A stretch of DNA of 64,000 nucleotides, from the NCBI GenBank assembly GCA_017513475.1, contig JAFXFR010000027.1, forward strand, positions 9,882 through 73,881. Reading direction: 5' to 3'. The translations under genes and the position numbers were made by a program. This document shows positions 23,905-32,381 of the stretch, piece by piece. Origin of the DNA: Clostridia bacterium (GTDB lineage Bacteria > Bacillota > Clostridia > Christensenellales > Aristaeellaceae). Every line of letters begins with the position of its first letter. Positions within the stretch are counted from its first letter, which is position 1. The notes under the pieces are model-generated. The model worked only from the letters and a program-made list of their open reading frames with translations, ran no database searches and was not told where the DNA came from.

Positions 23905-25896
23905 TTATTCGGTGATGAAAACCTCTACGCCCATTGGGGCGATCGTACCGTTCCAGGCGCTGCCGTTCCAGGGGGCGTAGCCTGCCGGGATGGCAATGTC
24001 CTGTGCGCTTTCGTTGTGGTTGAGGAGGAAAAGCCAGGTCTTGCCGTCCTTTGTGCGGCGGACGGCCTCCACGCCGTGGGGCGTTGCCATCAGCGGAGCG
24101 ATATTTGCCTCATCGCAGAGCTCCGTGATGAACTTGTCCGCCAGCGCATCGCTCATGGTGGTGCCGACATACCAGGTCAGGCCCTGGCCGTACTGGTTGC
24201 GGGTGATGGCGGGCGTGCCGGCGTAGAAGTCGTGGGCATAGACGGCTGCGGGCTCGGCGGTGGAGGCGCTCAGCACATCGCACCACTGGGTGCACTTGTA
24301 GTCTTTGCCGTCCCAGCGGACAAGGCCGTCACAGTCCCTGAGACAGTCATATTCGTCTACCGTCACGCCGGTCAGGGCGGCGAAACGCACGGGCACGGGG
24401 CCGTCGGTGTGGCAGAGGTTGGTGGCGTCCTTGATGCCGCTGCGCCAGGTGACGACCAGACGGCCGCCCTTTTCCACATAAGCGCGGAGCTTGTCCAGGT
24501 GCGTTTCCGTCATCAGGAACTGCAGCGGCGCGATGACCGCCTTGTATGCGGAGAAGTCATCCTCCTCGCTCACAAACTCCACCGGGATGTTCCGGCGGTG
24601 GAGGGCCTTGTAGTATGTAGCCAGATGCTGCATATAGCGGTGATGGGGATGGTGAGGCTGGATATCGATGGCCCGCTCCTGGTCGTAGGAGCGCAGGATG
24701 GCGACCTCCGCCCGGGGCATGGAGCCGGCAATTTCCTTCAGCAGGGGAGTATAGCGCTTCATCAGCGCGCTGATTTCCGCGTGATAGCGGCCGGGGACGC
24801 CGCTGTGGGGCAGGATGCCGTGCCAGTACTGCTCCGTGCCCATCGCGCAGGAGCGCCAGCGGAAGAAGACGATCGTATCCGCGCCGTGGGCGACGCTCTG
24901 CATGGCCCACAGAGGGATCTGCCCGGGCTTGGGCGCGCGTCCCAGCACATCCCAGCCGGTGATGCCGCTCTGCTGCTCCATCACCCAGAAGGGCTTGTGT
25001 TTCACCGAGCGGATGAAGTCCAGCTCGGCAGCGTGCCAGTCCGCGCGGTACTCGTTGTGACGGGCATGGAAGTGACCGCCGGGATACTGGTCGTGAGAGG
25101 CAAAATCCAGCTGCTTGCCCAGGTCGTAATAGCTGGGCTTGCTGCTGAAACCCATCAGGTTGTGGGTAATCCACTTATCCGGCGCTGCGGCGCGCAGGAT
25201 GTCGGCCTGGAACTGGTGGAACTCACAGATCAGGTCGGAGGTGAAGCGCTTCCAGTCCAGCTCGTGGGAGGGGTTCACGCCCCAGGCGGCGGTGATCTTC
25301 GGTGCAGGGATGCAGGTGAAATCATCATACCCCTGACTCCAGAAGGCCGTACCCCAGGCGCGGTTGAGCTCGTCGATGGTATGGTACTTGTCCTTCAGCC
25401 AACCCTGAAAACGGTCGCGGCAGTGATCGCAGTAGCACAGATCGCCGTGACTGTTGCCCAGCTCGTTGTCCACCTGCCAGCCGACGACGGCGGGATTCCT
25501 GGCGTAATGGGCCGCGAAAGCCGTCACATACCGGCGGATGTGTTCCCGGTAGGTCGGGTTGGACTGGCAGTCGTGGTGGCGGCTGCCGAAGAAACGCTGA
25601 TGACCGTGCCAGTCGGTGGGCTGGATCCCGGGATCTTGGTCGATGATCCACTTGGGCGGGGCTGCGGTGGGCGTGCCGAGGATCACGTCGATACCCTGTT
25701 CCGCCAGGATTTCGATGGCCTCATCCAGCTCCTCAAAGTGGAATTCGCCCTCGCGCGGCTCGAATTTCTGCCAGGAGAATTCCGCCATGCGGACGACCTG
25801 GATGCCCATATCGCGCATCATCTGCGCATCGATGGCCCAGCGCTCCTTCGGCCAGTGTTCGGGATAGTAATCCACGCCGAACTGGTAGCTCTTCAT
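23905..25896 (-). CDS. GH42 beta-galactosidase
   Basis: VDYYPEHW, VDNELGN and the CYCDHC zinc cluster are typical of GH42. Start placed at ATG 25896 (MKSYQFG), which has a GGAGGAAAA RBS. Confidence 0.85.
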   Translation of the reverse strand: MKSYQFGVDYYPEHWPKERWAIDAQMMRDMGIQVVRMAEFSWQKFEPREGEFHFEELDEAIEILAEQGIDVILGTPTAAPPKWIIDQDPGIQPTDWHGHQRFFGSRHHDCQSNPTYREHIRRYVTAFAAHYARNPAVVGWQVDNELGNSHGDLCYCDHCRDRFQGWLKDKYHTIDELNRAWGTAFWSQGYDDFTCIPAPKITAAWGVNPSHELDWKRFTSDLICEFHQFQADILRAAAPDKWITHNLMGFSSKPSYYDLGKQLDFASHDQYPGGHFHARHNEYRADWHAAELDFIRSVKHKPFWVMEQQSGITGWDVLGRAPKPGQIPLWAMQSVAHGADTIVFFRWRSCAMGTEQYWHGILPHSGVPGRYHAEISALMKRYTPLLKEIAGSMPRAEVAILRSYDQERAIDIQPHHPHHRYMQHLATYYKALHRRNIPVEFVSEEDDFSAYKAVIAPLQFLMTETHLDKLRAYVEKGGRLVVTWRSGIKDATNLCHTDGPVPVRFAALTGVTVDEYDCLRDCDGLVRWDGKDYKCTQWCDVLSASTAEPAAVYAHDFYAGTPAITRNQYGQGLTWYVGTTMSDALADKFITELCDEANIAPLMATPHGVEAVRRTKDGKTWLFLLNHNESAQDIAIPAGYAPWNGSAWNGTIAPMGVEVFITE

Positions 25897-25965
25897 GCAC
25901 TTTTCCTCCGTGGAATTGGTAGGACTATTGTAGCATATTTCGCGGGGTAAGTAAAGGGAAGGCAA

Positions 25966-26001
25966 GCAAAACGGCGATGAGCATATCCTGTGCCCATCGC
26001 C
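25966..26001 (-). terminator. Terminator after asnA
   Basis: Minus strand GGCGATGGGC...GCTCATCGCC followed by GTTTTGC. Confidence 0.6.
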
Positions 26002-26020
26002 GTGAATATGTAGTTTGAAT

Positions 26021-27028
26021 TTACAGCAGTGTAACGCCTGCCTCGCGGCACTTGCGGATGGTGTCGGCGTCCCAGATGGTGGACTGCACCTCGCCGATGT
26101 GAGCCTTACCCAGCAGCAACATGCACAGCCGGCTCTGGCCGATGCCGCCGCCGATGGTCAGGGGCAGCTCGCCCTCCAGCAGCATGCGGTGATACTGCAG
26201 CTCTCTGCGGTCGTCGCAGCCGGAGATGGTCAGCTGCTGATCAAGGGTCTCGGAGTCCACGCGGATGCCCATCGAAGACAGCTCGATTGCGCAGTTCAGC
26301 GTGTCGCACCAGTAGAGCAGGTCGCCGTTGAGGGTCCAGTCATCGTAGTCAGGAGCGCGGCCGTCGTGGCGTTCGCCGTTGGAGAGCTTGTGGCCGATCT
26401 GCATCAGGAAGGTCACCGGGTGCTCCTTCACGAAGAGGTTCTCGCGCTCCTTGGGGGTCTTGTCCGGGTACAGCTGCAGGAGAGCCTCGGAGGTGATGAA
26501 GGTGACATGATCGTCCAGCTGGGTGTTCAGCTTGGGGTAGCGCCCGTTGACGATCAGCGACGCGTCATAAATGCAGCGCACGATGTCGCGTACAGTGTCC
26601 TTGAGGGTGTGGAGGTTGCGCATGTCGCGGGTGATGACCTTCTCCCAGTCCCACTGGTCGACGTAGATGGAGTGGAGGTTATCCAGCTCCTCGTCGCGGC
26701 GGATGGCGTTCATGTCGGTGTAGATGCCCTTGCCCGGCCAGATGTCATAGCGATACAGGGCCATGCGCTTCCACTTGGCCAGGGAGTGCACCACCACCGC
26801 GTCCTTCCCGGCGGCGGGGATGTCGAAGGAAACAGGGCGTTCGACGCCGTTCAGGTCGTCGTTCAGGCCGCTGGAGGGCTCGACGAACAAGGGCGCAGAC
26901 ACGCGCTTCAAATTCAGCGCCTGCGCCAGGTGATCCTGGAAGGTGCGCTTGATCAGGCTGATGGCAGCCTGGGTTTCGTACAGGGAAAGCTTCGGCTGAT
27001 AGCCGGCGGGGATGTGGGTCTTGTTCAG
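26021..27028 (-). CDS. asnA: Aspartate--ammonia ligase
   Basis: The IPAGYQPKLSLYETQAAISLIKRTF N-terminus and overall AsnA resemblance support the call. I place the start at CTG 27028, 9 nt after an AAGGGGG SD. The in-frame ATG 27067 has no SD and sits inside the predicted -10 box. Confidence 0.8.
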   Translation of the reverse strand: MNKTHIPAGYQPKLSLYETQAAISLIKRTFQDHLAQALNLKRVSAPLFVEPSSGLNDDLNGVERPVSFDIPAAGKDAVVVHSLAKWKRMALYRYDIWPGKGIYTDMNAIRRDEELDNLHSIYVDQWDWEKVITRDMRNLHTLKDTVRDIVRCIYDASLIVNGRYPKLNTQLDDHVTFITSEALLQLYPDKTPKERENLFVKEHPVTFLMQIGHKLSNGERHDGRAPDYDDWTLNGDLLYWCDTLNCAIELSSMGIRVDSETLDQQLTISGCDDRRELQYHRMLLEGELPLTIGGGIGQSRLCMLLLGKAHIGEVQSTIWDADTIRKCREAGVTLL

Positions 27029-27048
27029 GGTCTTCGACCCCCTTTTCA
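27026..27048 (-). promoter_or_regulatory. asnA translation-initiation module: SD plus GGGTC-GAA-GACCC mini-hairpin plus CTG
   Basis: Minus strand GAAAAGGGGGTCGAAGACCCTG. It is nearly identical to the metA module. Confidence 0.5.
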
Positions 27049-27062
27049 ATAAATTCTTCTCT

Positions 27063-27091
27063 ATCATAGCACAGGATGGGGCGGAAGGGAA
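27063..27091 (-). promoter_or_regulatory. Extended -10 promoter for asnA
   Basis: Minus strand TTCCCT-17 nt-(TGC)TATGAT. The -10 box contains the in-frame ATG 27067. Confidence 0.4.
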
Positions 27092-27124
27092 GTTTTCTGT
27101 TTGTATTTTTGAAAAGGGAAGCGC

Positions 27125-27153
27125 TTGCATCGGACCATGCTGTGTGATATGAT
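27125..27153 (+). promoter_or_regulatory. Sigma-A-type promoter for the XRE-family regulator
   Basis: TTGCAT-17 nt-TATGAT. Confidence 0.45.
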
Positions 27154-27172
27154 TTTTGTCAGCGGATTTCCA

Positions 27173-27211
27173 CTCAACCGATGGTTGATTCCGCCTCCCT
27201 CAACCGTTGGT
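27173..27211 (+). promoter_or_regulatory. Two direct repeats CTCAACCG(A/T)TGGT in the XRE regulator leader (candidate operator)
   Basis: Copies at 27173-27185 and 27199-27211 are 12/13 identical, and each contains a small dyad (AACC..GGTT). Confidence 0.3.
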
Positions 27212-27265
27212 GTGTGGATTCCTGTTCTCCGGTCCGCTATGCTGAAAGCGAAAGGAGGTCCTACG

Positions 27266-27877
27266 ATGGATCAGATGAAAATCGGTAGATTCATTGCCGA
27301 GCGCAGAAAGAGGGTTAGCCTGACCCAGCTGCAGCTGGCAGAGAAACTGGGCATAACTGACAGGGCAGTATCCAAGTGGGAGACCGGCAAGGCGATGCCG
27401 GATGTTTCCATTATGCTGGAACTGTGCGGCGTACTGGAAATCAGCGTGAATGATTTGTTGTGTGGGGAGGTTGTTGGAATGGAGGATTACAGCAAAAAGC
27501 TGGAAAACAATCTGCTTGATATGATCCGTCAGAAGGAACAGGCGGACAAGCGATTGCTGTTTCTGGAAACCGTTGTCGGGATCTCGGCGACGGTCATTAT
27601 GTTCGCATTGGTGCTTCTTGCGACCTTTGTGCAGATGGCGAGCTGGCTGCGGGTTGCTTTGTTGGCGCTTGGGTTTGCGCTGTTTTTTGCCGGCTGCTTC
27701 TATGCGCTGCGGATTGAGCAGGTGGCAGGTTACTTTGCATGCAAAGAATGCGGGCACAGATATGTGCCGACATATAAGGCGGTTAACATGGCGCCGCAAA
27801 TGTTCGGAATCCGGTATATGAAATGTCCGGAATGTGGCAAGAAGTCCTGGCAGAAGAAAGTTCTGAGCAGGGAATAA
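27266..27877 (+). CDS. XRE-family HTH regulator with two TM helices and a C-terminal CxxC..CxxC zinc ribbon
   Basis: LTQLQLAEKLGITDRAVSKWETG HTH, hydrophobic helices at about aa 95-150, and CKECG...CPECG. GAAAGGAGG RBS precedes ATG 27266. Confidence 0.7.
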   Translation: MDQMKIGRFIAERRKRVSLTQLQLAEKLGITDRAVSKWETGKAMPDVSIMLELCGVLEISVNDLLCGEVVGMEDYSKKLENNLLDMIRQKEQADKRLLFLETVVGISATVIMFALVLLATFVQMASWLRVALLALGFALFFAGCFYALRIEQVAGYFACKECGHRYVPTYKAVNMAPQMFGIRYMKCPECGKKSWQKKVLSRE

Positions 27878-27901
27878 GGTAACGCATCATCAAACGTGAA
27901 A

Positions 27902-27938
27902 ACCCTCTGCATGTTATATGCAGAGGGTTGCTTGTTTA
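27902..27938. terminator. Bidirectional terminator (XRE regulator / PHP gene convergent)
   Basis: AACCCTCTGCAT-GTTAT-ATGCAGAGGGTT, a 12-bp perfect stem followed by GCTTGTTT. Confidence 0.8.
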
Positions 27939-28712
27939 CTTCAGCCAGTCCATCGGCAGCTCCACAAACTCCTCCTGCTCATTGAGCCAGTAGGAGGGGA
28001 TCAGCGGCTCCACGGTGGGGTCGCTGCCGAAGCGGTCTTCGGGGACGATCAGCGTGTGGGGCTGCTTCTGCAGAATATGCTGCACCCATTCTTCGGCGGA
28101 GGCAAACGGTTTGTCCAGCCCTACGCCGTAGAGCACGCTGCCCGCGTGGGACTTGTGGTTGTCCGAGCCCGCGATGGTGTAGATGCCCCGCGCCTTGCAG
28201 TATTGGGCGGCGTAGGCGTCCTGGGCGGGGGTGTTGCCGGCGTTGGCGACCTCGATGCCGTCAGCGTACAGGTCGCACACATGGATGGCGCTCAGGTACC
28301 CGCGCATGCGGAAGGGGTGGGCCTGGATCATGCAGCCGCCGGCGGCGCGGATGTTTTCGTAGGTCTCCTTGCGCGTCCAGCGCTCGATTTCCGGGTGATC
28401 CATCAGATACTGCTTGTCCACGCCGTAGATGAGGTACTCATCGCCCTGGAAGTTCTGCTCGATGCCGAAGAATACGTCCAGGCCGATCTTTTGCCCTTCG
28501 TTCCAGGCGTCTTCGAAGCCGGAGCAGTAGTGGTCGATGCGGTCCTTCCAGCTGCCGGTGCGGGGCGCAGCGGTGTTGCCGCCAAAGAAATGATCGGTGA
28601 TGAAGATGCCCTGATAGCCCCGCTCTTTGTAAAACCGGGCGTGCTCCGCGCCGGTGGAGGTGCCGCAGGCGCTGCCCTGGCAGGTATGCATATGGGTTTC
28701 GTACAGATACAT
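27936..28712 (-). CDS. PHP-domain phosphoesterase
   Basis: The YETHMHT N-terminal His motif and later His/Asp residues are typical of the PHP family. GGGAGG RBS precedes ATG 28712. Confidence 0.65.
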   Translation of the reverse strand: MYLYETHMHTCQGSACGTSTGAEHARFYKERGYQGIFITDHFFGGNTAAPRTGSWKDRIDHYCSGFEDAWNEGQKIGLDVFFGIEQNFQGDEYLIYGVDKQYLMDHPEIERWTRKETYENIRAAGGCMIQAHPFRMRGYLSAIHVCDLYADGIEVANAGNTPAQDAYAAQYCKARGIYTIAGSDNHKSHAGSVLYGVGLDKPFASAEEWVQHILQKQPHTLIVPEDRFGSDPTVEPLIPSYWLNEQEEFVELPMDWLK

Positions 28713-28786
28713 GGGATGGCCTCCCGTTGTCCATGATTTGTTGCTTTCAGTATACCTTATTTCGGGACGAATTGGCAAGTGCAATC

Positions 28787-28815
28787 TTGACAATTCCTTC
28801 CGGCCCTGCTATTAT
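28787..28815 (+). promoter_or_regulatory. Sigma-A-type promoter for the 28853 gene
   Basis: TTGACA-17 nt-TATTAT. Confidence 0.5.
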
Positions 28816-28852
28816 CAGAATACAAATTGTGTTGTGCTGAAGGTGTGATTGA

Positions 28853-29347
28853 ATGGCAGGATGGATCATCGCCGGTGCTGCGGTACTGGTGGCGGCGCTG
28901 TATCTGCTCAGAAAAAAGCTGGTTGTCCGTCAGCAGCGGGACGCTGTGCTGATGGAACGCATGCGCTCCTCCCAGATGTACGGGCGGCTGTACCCCGTAC
29001 TTGTCAAATGCCGGGAGTGCTGCGTGGAGAGGATCCTCATCCGCCCGGAGGAGGACCGCATCATCCTGTACAAGCCCATGAACCGGGAATACCGCTTCGA
29101 CTTTGAGGCGCACGGCCTGGATCCTGTGGATCGTCCGGCAGCGCTCAAGGCTCTCAGCCAGGCCATCGCCCTGGATGTGCCTGCATTGGCCGACCCGGCA
29201 AAGTATTACTTCTCCACCCATTCCGCTCCACGGGACGGCGGCGGCAATTACCACTGGTATGAATACGCCGTCCAGGTGGATTACAAGGACAGAATGCTCC
29301 GTGCGTGGTCTGATCAGCCGGAGCCCCAGGATGGAATCATTCGATAA
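28853..29347 (+). CDS. Hypothetical protein with an N-terminal TM helix (164 aa)
   Basis: ORF with its own TTGACA-17-TATTAT promoter and a GAAGGTG RBS. I do not recognise a family. Confidence 0.4.
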   Translation: MAGWIIAGAAVLVAALYLLRKKLVVRQQRDAVLMERMRSSQMYGRLYPVLVKCRECCVERILIRPEEDRIILYKPMNREYRFDFEAHGLDPVDRPAALKALSQAIALDVPALADPAKYYFSTHSAPRDGGGNYHWYEYAVQVDYKDRMLRAWSDQPEPQDGIIR

Positions 29348-29416
29348 GGCAGGAATTACATGCTGCCTGTCGAATCATGTCAGTAGATCCAAGAATATGA
29401 TAGGAGGTACAAACCT

Positions 29417-30067
29417 ATGCAGATCCTTTCCGTTTTTGATGAAGCGTTCCGTCCCTATGGCCGCGTGGTCGAGGGCTACCCCGTGGAGGGTATCCTGAAG
29501 GCCCTGGCTGAGACCCCTTGCACTGACGCTGTGGTCTACGAGCCCCGCATCGAGGCCCTGCACCAGGCTGAGAACGCCGAGGAGATCGGCACGGCGCTCT
29601 TTGGCGGCATGCCCTTCCAGTTCGGCTTCTGCAACGGCGTGAACACCAAGCTCAACTGCCTGGAGTGGCACCGTGATTCCGAGTTCAACCTGGGCACCGA
29701 GGACTTCATCCTGCTGATCGCCAAGCAGGAGGAGATCGTTGACGGCAAGCTGGATACCAGCAAGGTCAAGGCCTTCAAGGCGCCCGCCGGCGTGCTGGTG
29801 GAGTGCTACGCCACGACCCTGCACTACGCTCCCTGCTCTGCCAAGCTGGGCCAGGGCTTCCGCGTGCTGATCGGTCTGCCGCTGAACACCAACACCGATT
29901 ACCGTCCCGGCGATGCCAGCGGGGCTCCCGCCGGCGCCAACGTGATGGACAAGATGCTGTGGGCCCGCAACAAGTGGCTGATCGCCCATCCCGAGACCAG
30001 CGAGGCGGCTCAGGGCGCCTGGGTCGGCCTGGAAGGCGCGAACATCGATATCGCTGCCGACATCTGA
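29417..30067 (+). CDS. DUF4867-like protein
   Basis: 216 aa. Resembles DUF4867 proteins (cupin / ureidoglycolate-lyase-like). AGGAGG RBS. Confidence 0.55.
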   Translation: MQILSVFDEAFRPYGRVVEGYPVEGILKALAETPCTDAVVYEPRIEALHQAENAEEIGTALFGGMPFQFGFCNGVNTKLNCLEWHRDSEFNLGTEDFILLIAKQEEIVDGKLDTSKVKAFKAPAGVLVECYATTLHYAPCSAKLGQGFRVLIGLPLNTNTDYRPGDASGAPAGANVMDKMLWARNKWLIAHPETSEAAQGAWVGLEGANIDIAADI

Positions 30068-30076
30068 GGAATCCCC

Positions 30077-30105
30077 AAAGAGAGGCTTTCGGGCCTCTCT
30101 TTTTA
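30077..30105 (+). terminator. Terminator after the DUF4867 gene
   Basis: AGAGAGGC-TTTCGG-GCCTCTCT followed by TTTT. Confidence 0.75.
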
Positions 30106-30112
30106 TGTTTCC

Positions 30113-30141
30113 CTTGCTTTTTGTCATCAGACGCGCTATAA
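30113..30141 (+). promoter_or_regulatory. Sigma-A-type promoter for rplI
   Basis: TTGCTT-17 nt-TATAAT. Confidence 0.5.
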
Positions 30142-30188
30142 TATACGGTGACATATTATATCAACCGAAATCAGGAGGATTTTGAGAT

Positions 30189-30641
30189 ATGAAGGTTATT
30201 CTGCTGCAGGACGTCAAGGGCGTCGGCAAGAAGGACACCATCGTGAATGCTGCGGACGGTTATGCCCGCAATTTCCTCTTCCCGCAGAAGCTGGCTGTGG
30301 AGGCGACTCCCGGCGCGATGAAGGGTATCGAGAAGATGCGCAAGGCTGAGGCTGACCGCGAGGCGGAGCGTCGCGCTCAGGCGACCGAGACGGCTGGCAA
30401 GCTGCGCGGCCAGAAGGTCAACATGCAGGTGAAGTGCGGCTCTCAGGGCCGTCTGTACGGCTCCATCACCAGCGCTGAAGTGGCCGCGGAGCTGGAGAAG
30501 CAGCACGGCGTGAAGATCGACAAGCGCGACATCAAGTGTGAGAATATCCGTGTGGTGGGCGATGTGGAGATCGAAGTCCGCGTGTACAAGGATATCAATG
30601 CGAAGATGACCGTCCACGTGGAGCCCATCCCGGCCAAGTAA
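30189..30641 (+). CDS. rplI: 50S ribosomal protein L9
   Basis: The [16 protein letters not shown]... N-terminus is typical of bL9. AGGAGGA RBS. Confidence 0.9.
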   Translation: MKVILLQDVKGVGKKDTIVNAADGYARNFLFPQKLAVEATPGAMKGIEKMRKAEADREAERRAQATETAGKLRGQKVNMQVKCGSQGRLYGSITSAEVAAELEKQHGVKIDKRDIKCENIRVVGDVEIEVRVYKDINAKMTVHVEPIPAK

Positions 30642-30985
30642 CAACGGACGGGACAAAAAAGGGTTAAGGGGCGATTGCCCCTTACGGGGTCCAGGGCCGC
30701 GGAGGCCCTGGCCGTCGGAGACCTCCGTCCGCAGACGGAAGAAATCCGCACGCGCCTTTCGCGGAATCTTTGATTCCGCCGAAACAGCTCACCCAGCCCC
30801 AAAGGAACAGACCATAGCACACAAATAATCCGATGCAGCGTAGAGATGCTGGTTTCCACCTCATCACCCGCTGCGGCGGGAGCTTCCCCTCAAGGGGAAG
30901 CCAAGGAACGCCCTCAGTCAGCCGCAAGCGGCTGCCAGCTCCTGCCACCCGGGCTCCGGGCTCGGGGAGAGAGCCTTTGGAACGA
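30642..30985 (+). repeat. Array of short GC-rich stem-loops filling the rplI / dnaB intergenic region
   Basis: Hairpins at 30666-30683, 30691-30711, 30724-30739, 30761-30779, 30868-30881, 30883-30900, 30919-30934 and 30939-30974. Confidence 0.7.
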
Positions 30986-31000
30986 AGGAGGTGAACGAAG

Positions 31001-32362
31001 ATGTCCGAGTACCAGGGCGTGACGCCGCCCAATAGCGTCGAAGCGGAGCAGAGCGTCCTTGGCGCAATGCTGCAGGACAGCAACGCCGTCCTCCAGGCCG
31101 CAGAATCCCTCCTGCCGGAGGATTTCTACCAGCCCCAGCACAAGGAGATCTTCGACGCGATGATCGCCCTCCACCGGGAGCAGAAGCCCATTGACTTCAT
31201 CACGCTGGACAGCGAATTGTCCCGGCGCGGCACCCTTGAAGGCGCGGGCGGTTCCCAGTACCTGCTGCGCCTGGTGCAGTATGTGCCCACGGCGGCCAAC
31301 GTCAAAGCGTATATCAGCATCGTGGCGGAAAAGTCCACGCTGCGAAAGCTCATCAAGGCCTCCCAGGAGATCGCGCAGGAGTGTTATTCCCAGCAGAATC
31401 CCCTGCAGGAGACCCTCGGCCATGCGGAAAAGGCCATTTTCGATATCGTGATGAACCGCGCGTCCGGCGAGGCTTTGAAGCCCATCAAGGACGTGCTGTA
31501 CAATACCTACGCCAGCATTGAGGAGCTGGCCAAGCTCAATGGGCGCATCGCCGGCGTGCCGTCGGGCTTCTCTGCGCTGGATCAGCTGCTGACCGGCTTC
31601 CACGGCGGCGAGCTGATCATCCTGGGCGCGCGCCCCTCCATGGGCAAGACCTCGCTGGCGATGAACATGGCCGGTTATGCGGCGCTGTACGGCGGCAAGT
31701 CCGTGGCGGTGTTCTCGCTGGAAATGCCCCGCGAACAGATCGCTCTGCGTCTGCTCTGCTCGGACGCGAAGGTCAACATGCAGCGCGTCCGCCAGGGCAC
31801 GCTGACGGGCGATGACTGGATGCGCCTGGCGCGCTCCATCGGCCCGATGTCCAACAGCCGCATCTTTATCGACGATACTGCGGGTATCACGCCCACCCAG
31901 CTGCGCTCCCGCTGCCGCCGCCTGATGATGGACAAGGGCCTTGACCTGATCGTGGTGGACTACCTGGGCCTGATGCATTCCGACGGCAAGGTGGAAAGCC
32001 GCCAGCTGGAGGTTTCCGAAATCAGCCGCCAGCTCAAGGCCATCGCGCTGGAGCTGAAGGTGCCGCTGATCGCCTGCGCCCAGCTGTCCCGCGCCAACGC
32101 CAACCGTGAAAACAAGCGTCCCGCGCTGACCGACCTGCGCGATTCCGGCTCCATCGAGCAGGACGCCGACGTGGTTATGTTCATCCACCGCGAGGGGTAC
32201 TACGATCCCGAGTGCGAGGAGAAGAACGTGGGCGAGATCATCGTGCAGAAGCAGAGAAACGGCCCGCTGGGCACGATCAAGGTGGCCTGGCTGAGCGAGT
32301 ACACGACCTACGCCAACCTGGCTCCCGAAGCCGGCGGCGGCAACGCGGACGCGCCCTACTAA
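31001..32362 (+). CDS. dnaB: Replicative DNA helicase DnaB
   Basis: PPNSVEAEQSVLGAML N-terminal motif, Walker A GARPSMGKTS, and DLRDSGSIEQDAD. Confidence 0.95.
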   Translation: MSEYQGVTPPNSVEAEQSVLGAMLQDSNAVLQAAESLLPEDFYQPQHKEIFDAMIALHREQKPIDFITLDSELSRRGTLEGAGGSQYLLRLVQYVPTAANVKAYISIVAEKSTLRKLIKASQEIAQECYSQQNPLQETLGHAEKAIFDIVMNRASGEALKPIKDVLYNTYASIEELAKLNGRIAGVPSGFSALDQLLTGFHGGELIILGARPSMGKTSLAMNMAGYAALYGGKSVAVFSLEMPREQIALRLLCSDAKVNMQRVRQGTLTGDDWMRLARSIGPMSNSRIFIDDTAGITPTQLRSRCRRLMMDKGLDLIVVDYLGLMHSDGKVESRQLEVSEISRQLKAIALELKVPLIACAQLSRANANRENKRPALTDLRDSGSIEQDADVVMFIHREGYYDPECEEKNVGEIIVQKQRNGPLGTIKVAWLSEYTTYANLAPEAGGGNADAPY

Positions 32363-32381
32363 CCTGTTGAGGCGGGGAATG

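Noticed and set aside
22816-25950. Other very long antisense ORFs. These include 22816..25950 (1044 aa), 47344..50103 (919 aa), 52808..55456 (882 aa), 3206..5338 (710 aa), 14592..16424 (610 aa), 19843..21567 (574 aa), and many Arg/Pro/Gly-rich ORFs of 60-350 aa.
   Set aside because: The reasoning is the same as for 10683..14333. They mirror well-supported genes (comEC/GH42, metH, GH2, GH127, pepV, ABC-F). They lack RBSs and have compositionally biased translations.
27029-27067. ATG 27067 (MIEKNLLKRGSKTL...) as the asnA start, and the even longer tracked ORF starting at 27130.
   Set aside because: No SD precedes ATG 27067, and it lies inside the predicted extended -10 box (TGCTATGAT). A strong SD sits 9 nt before CTG 27028, and homolog N-termini begin only a few residues before the IPxxY block. 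I keep this as the lower-probability alternative.
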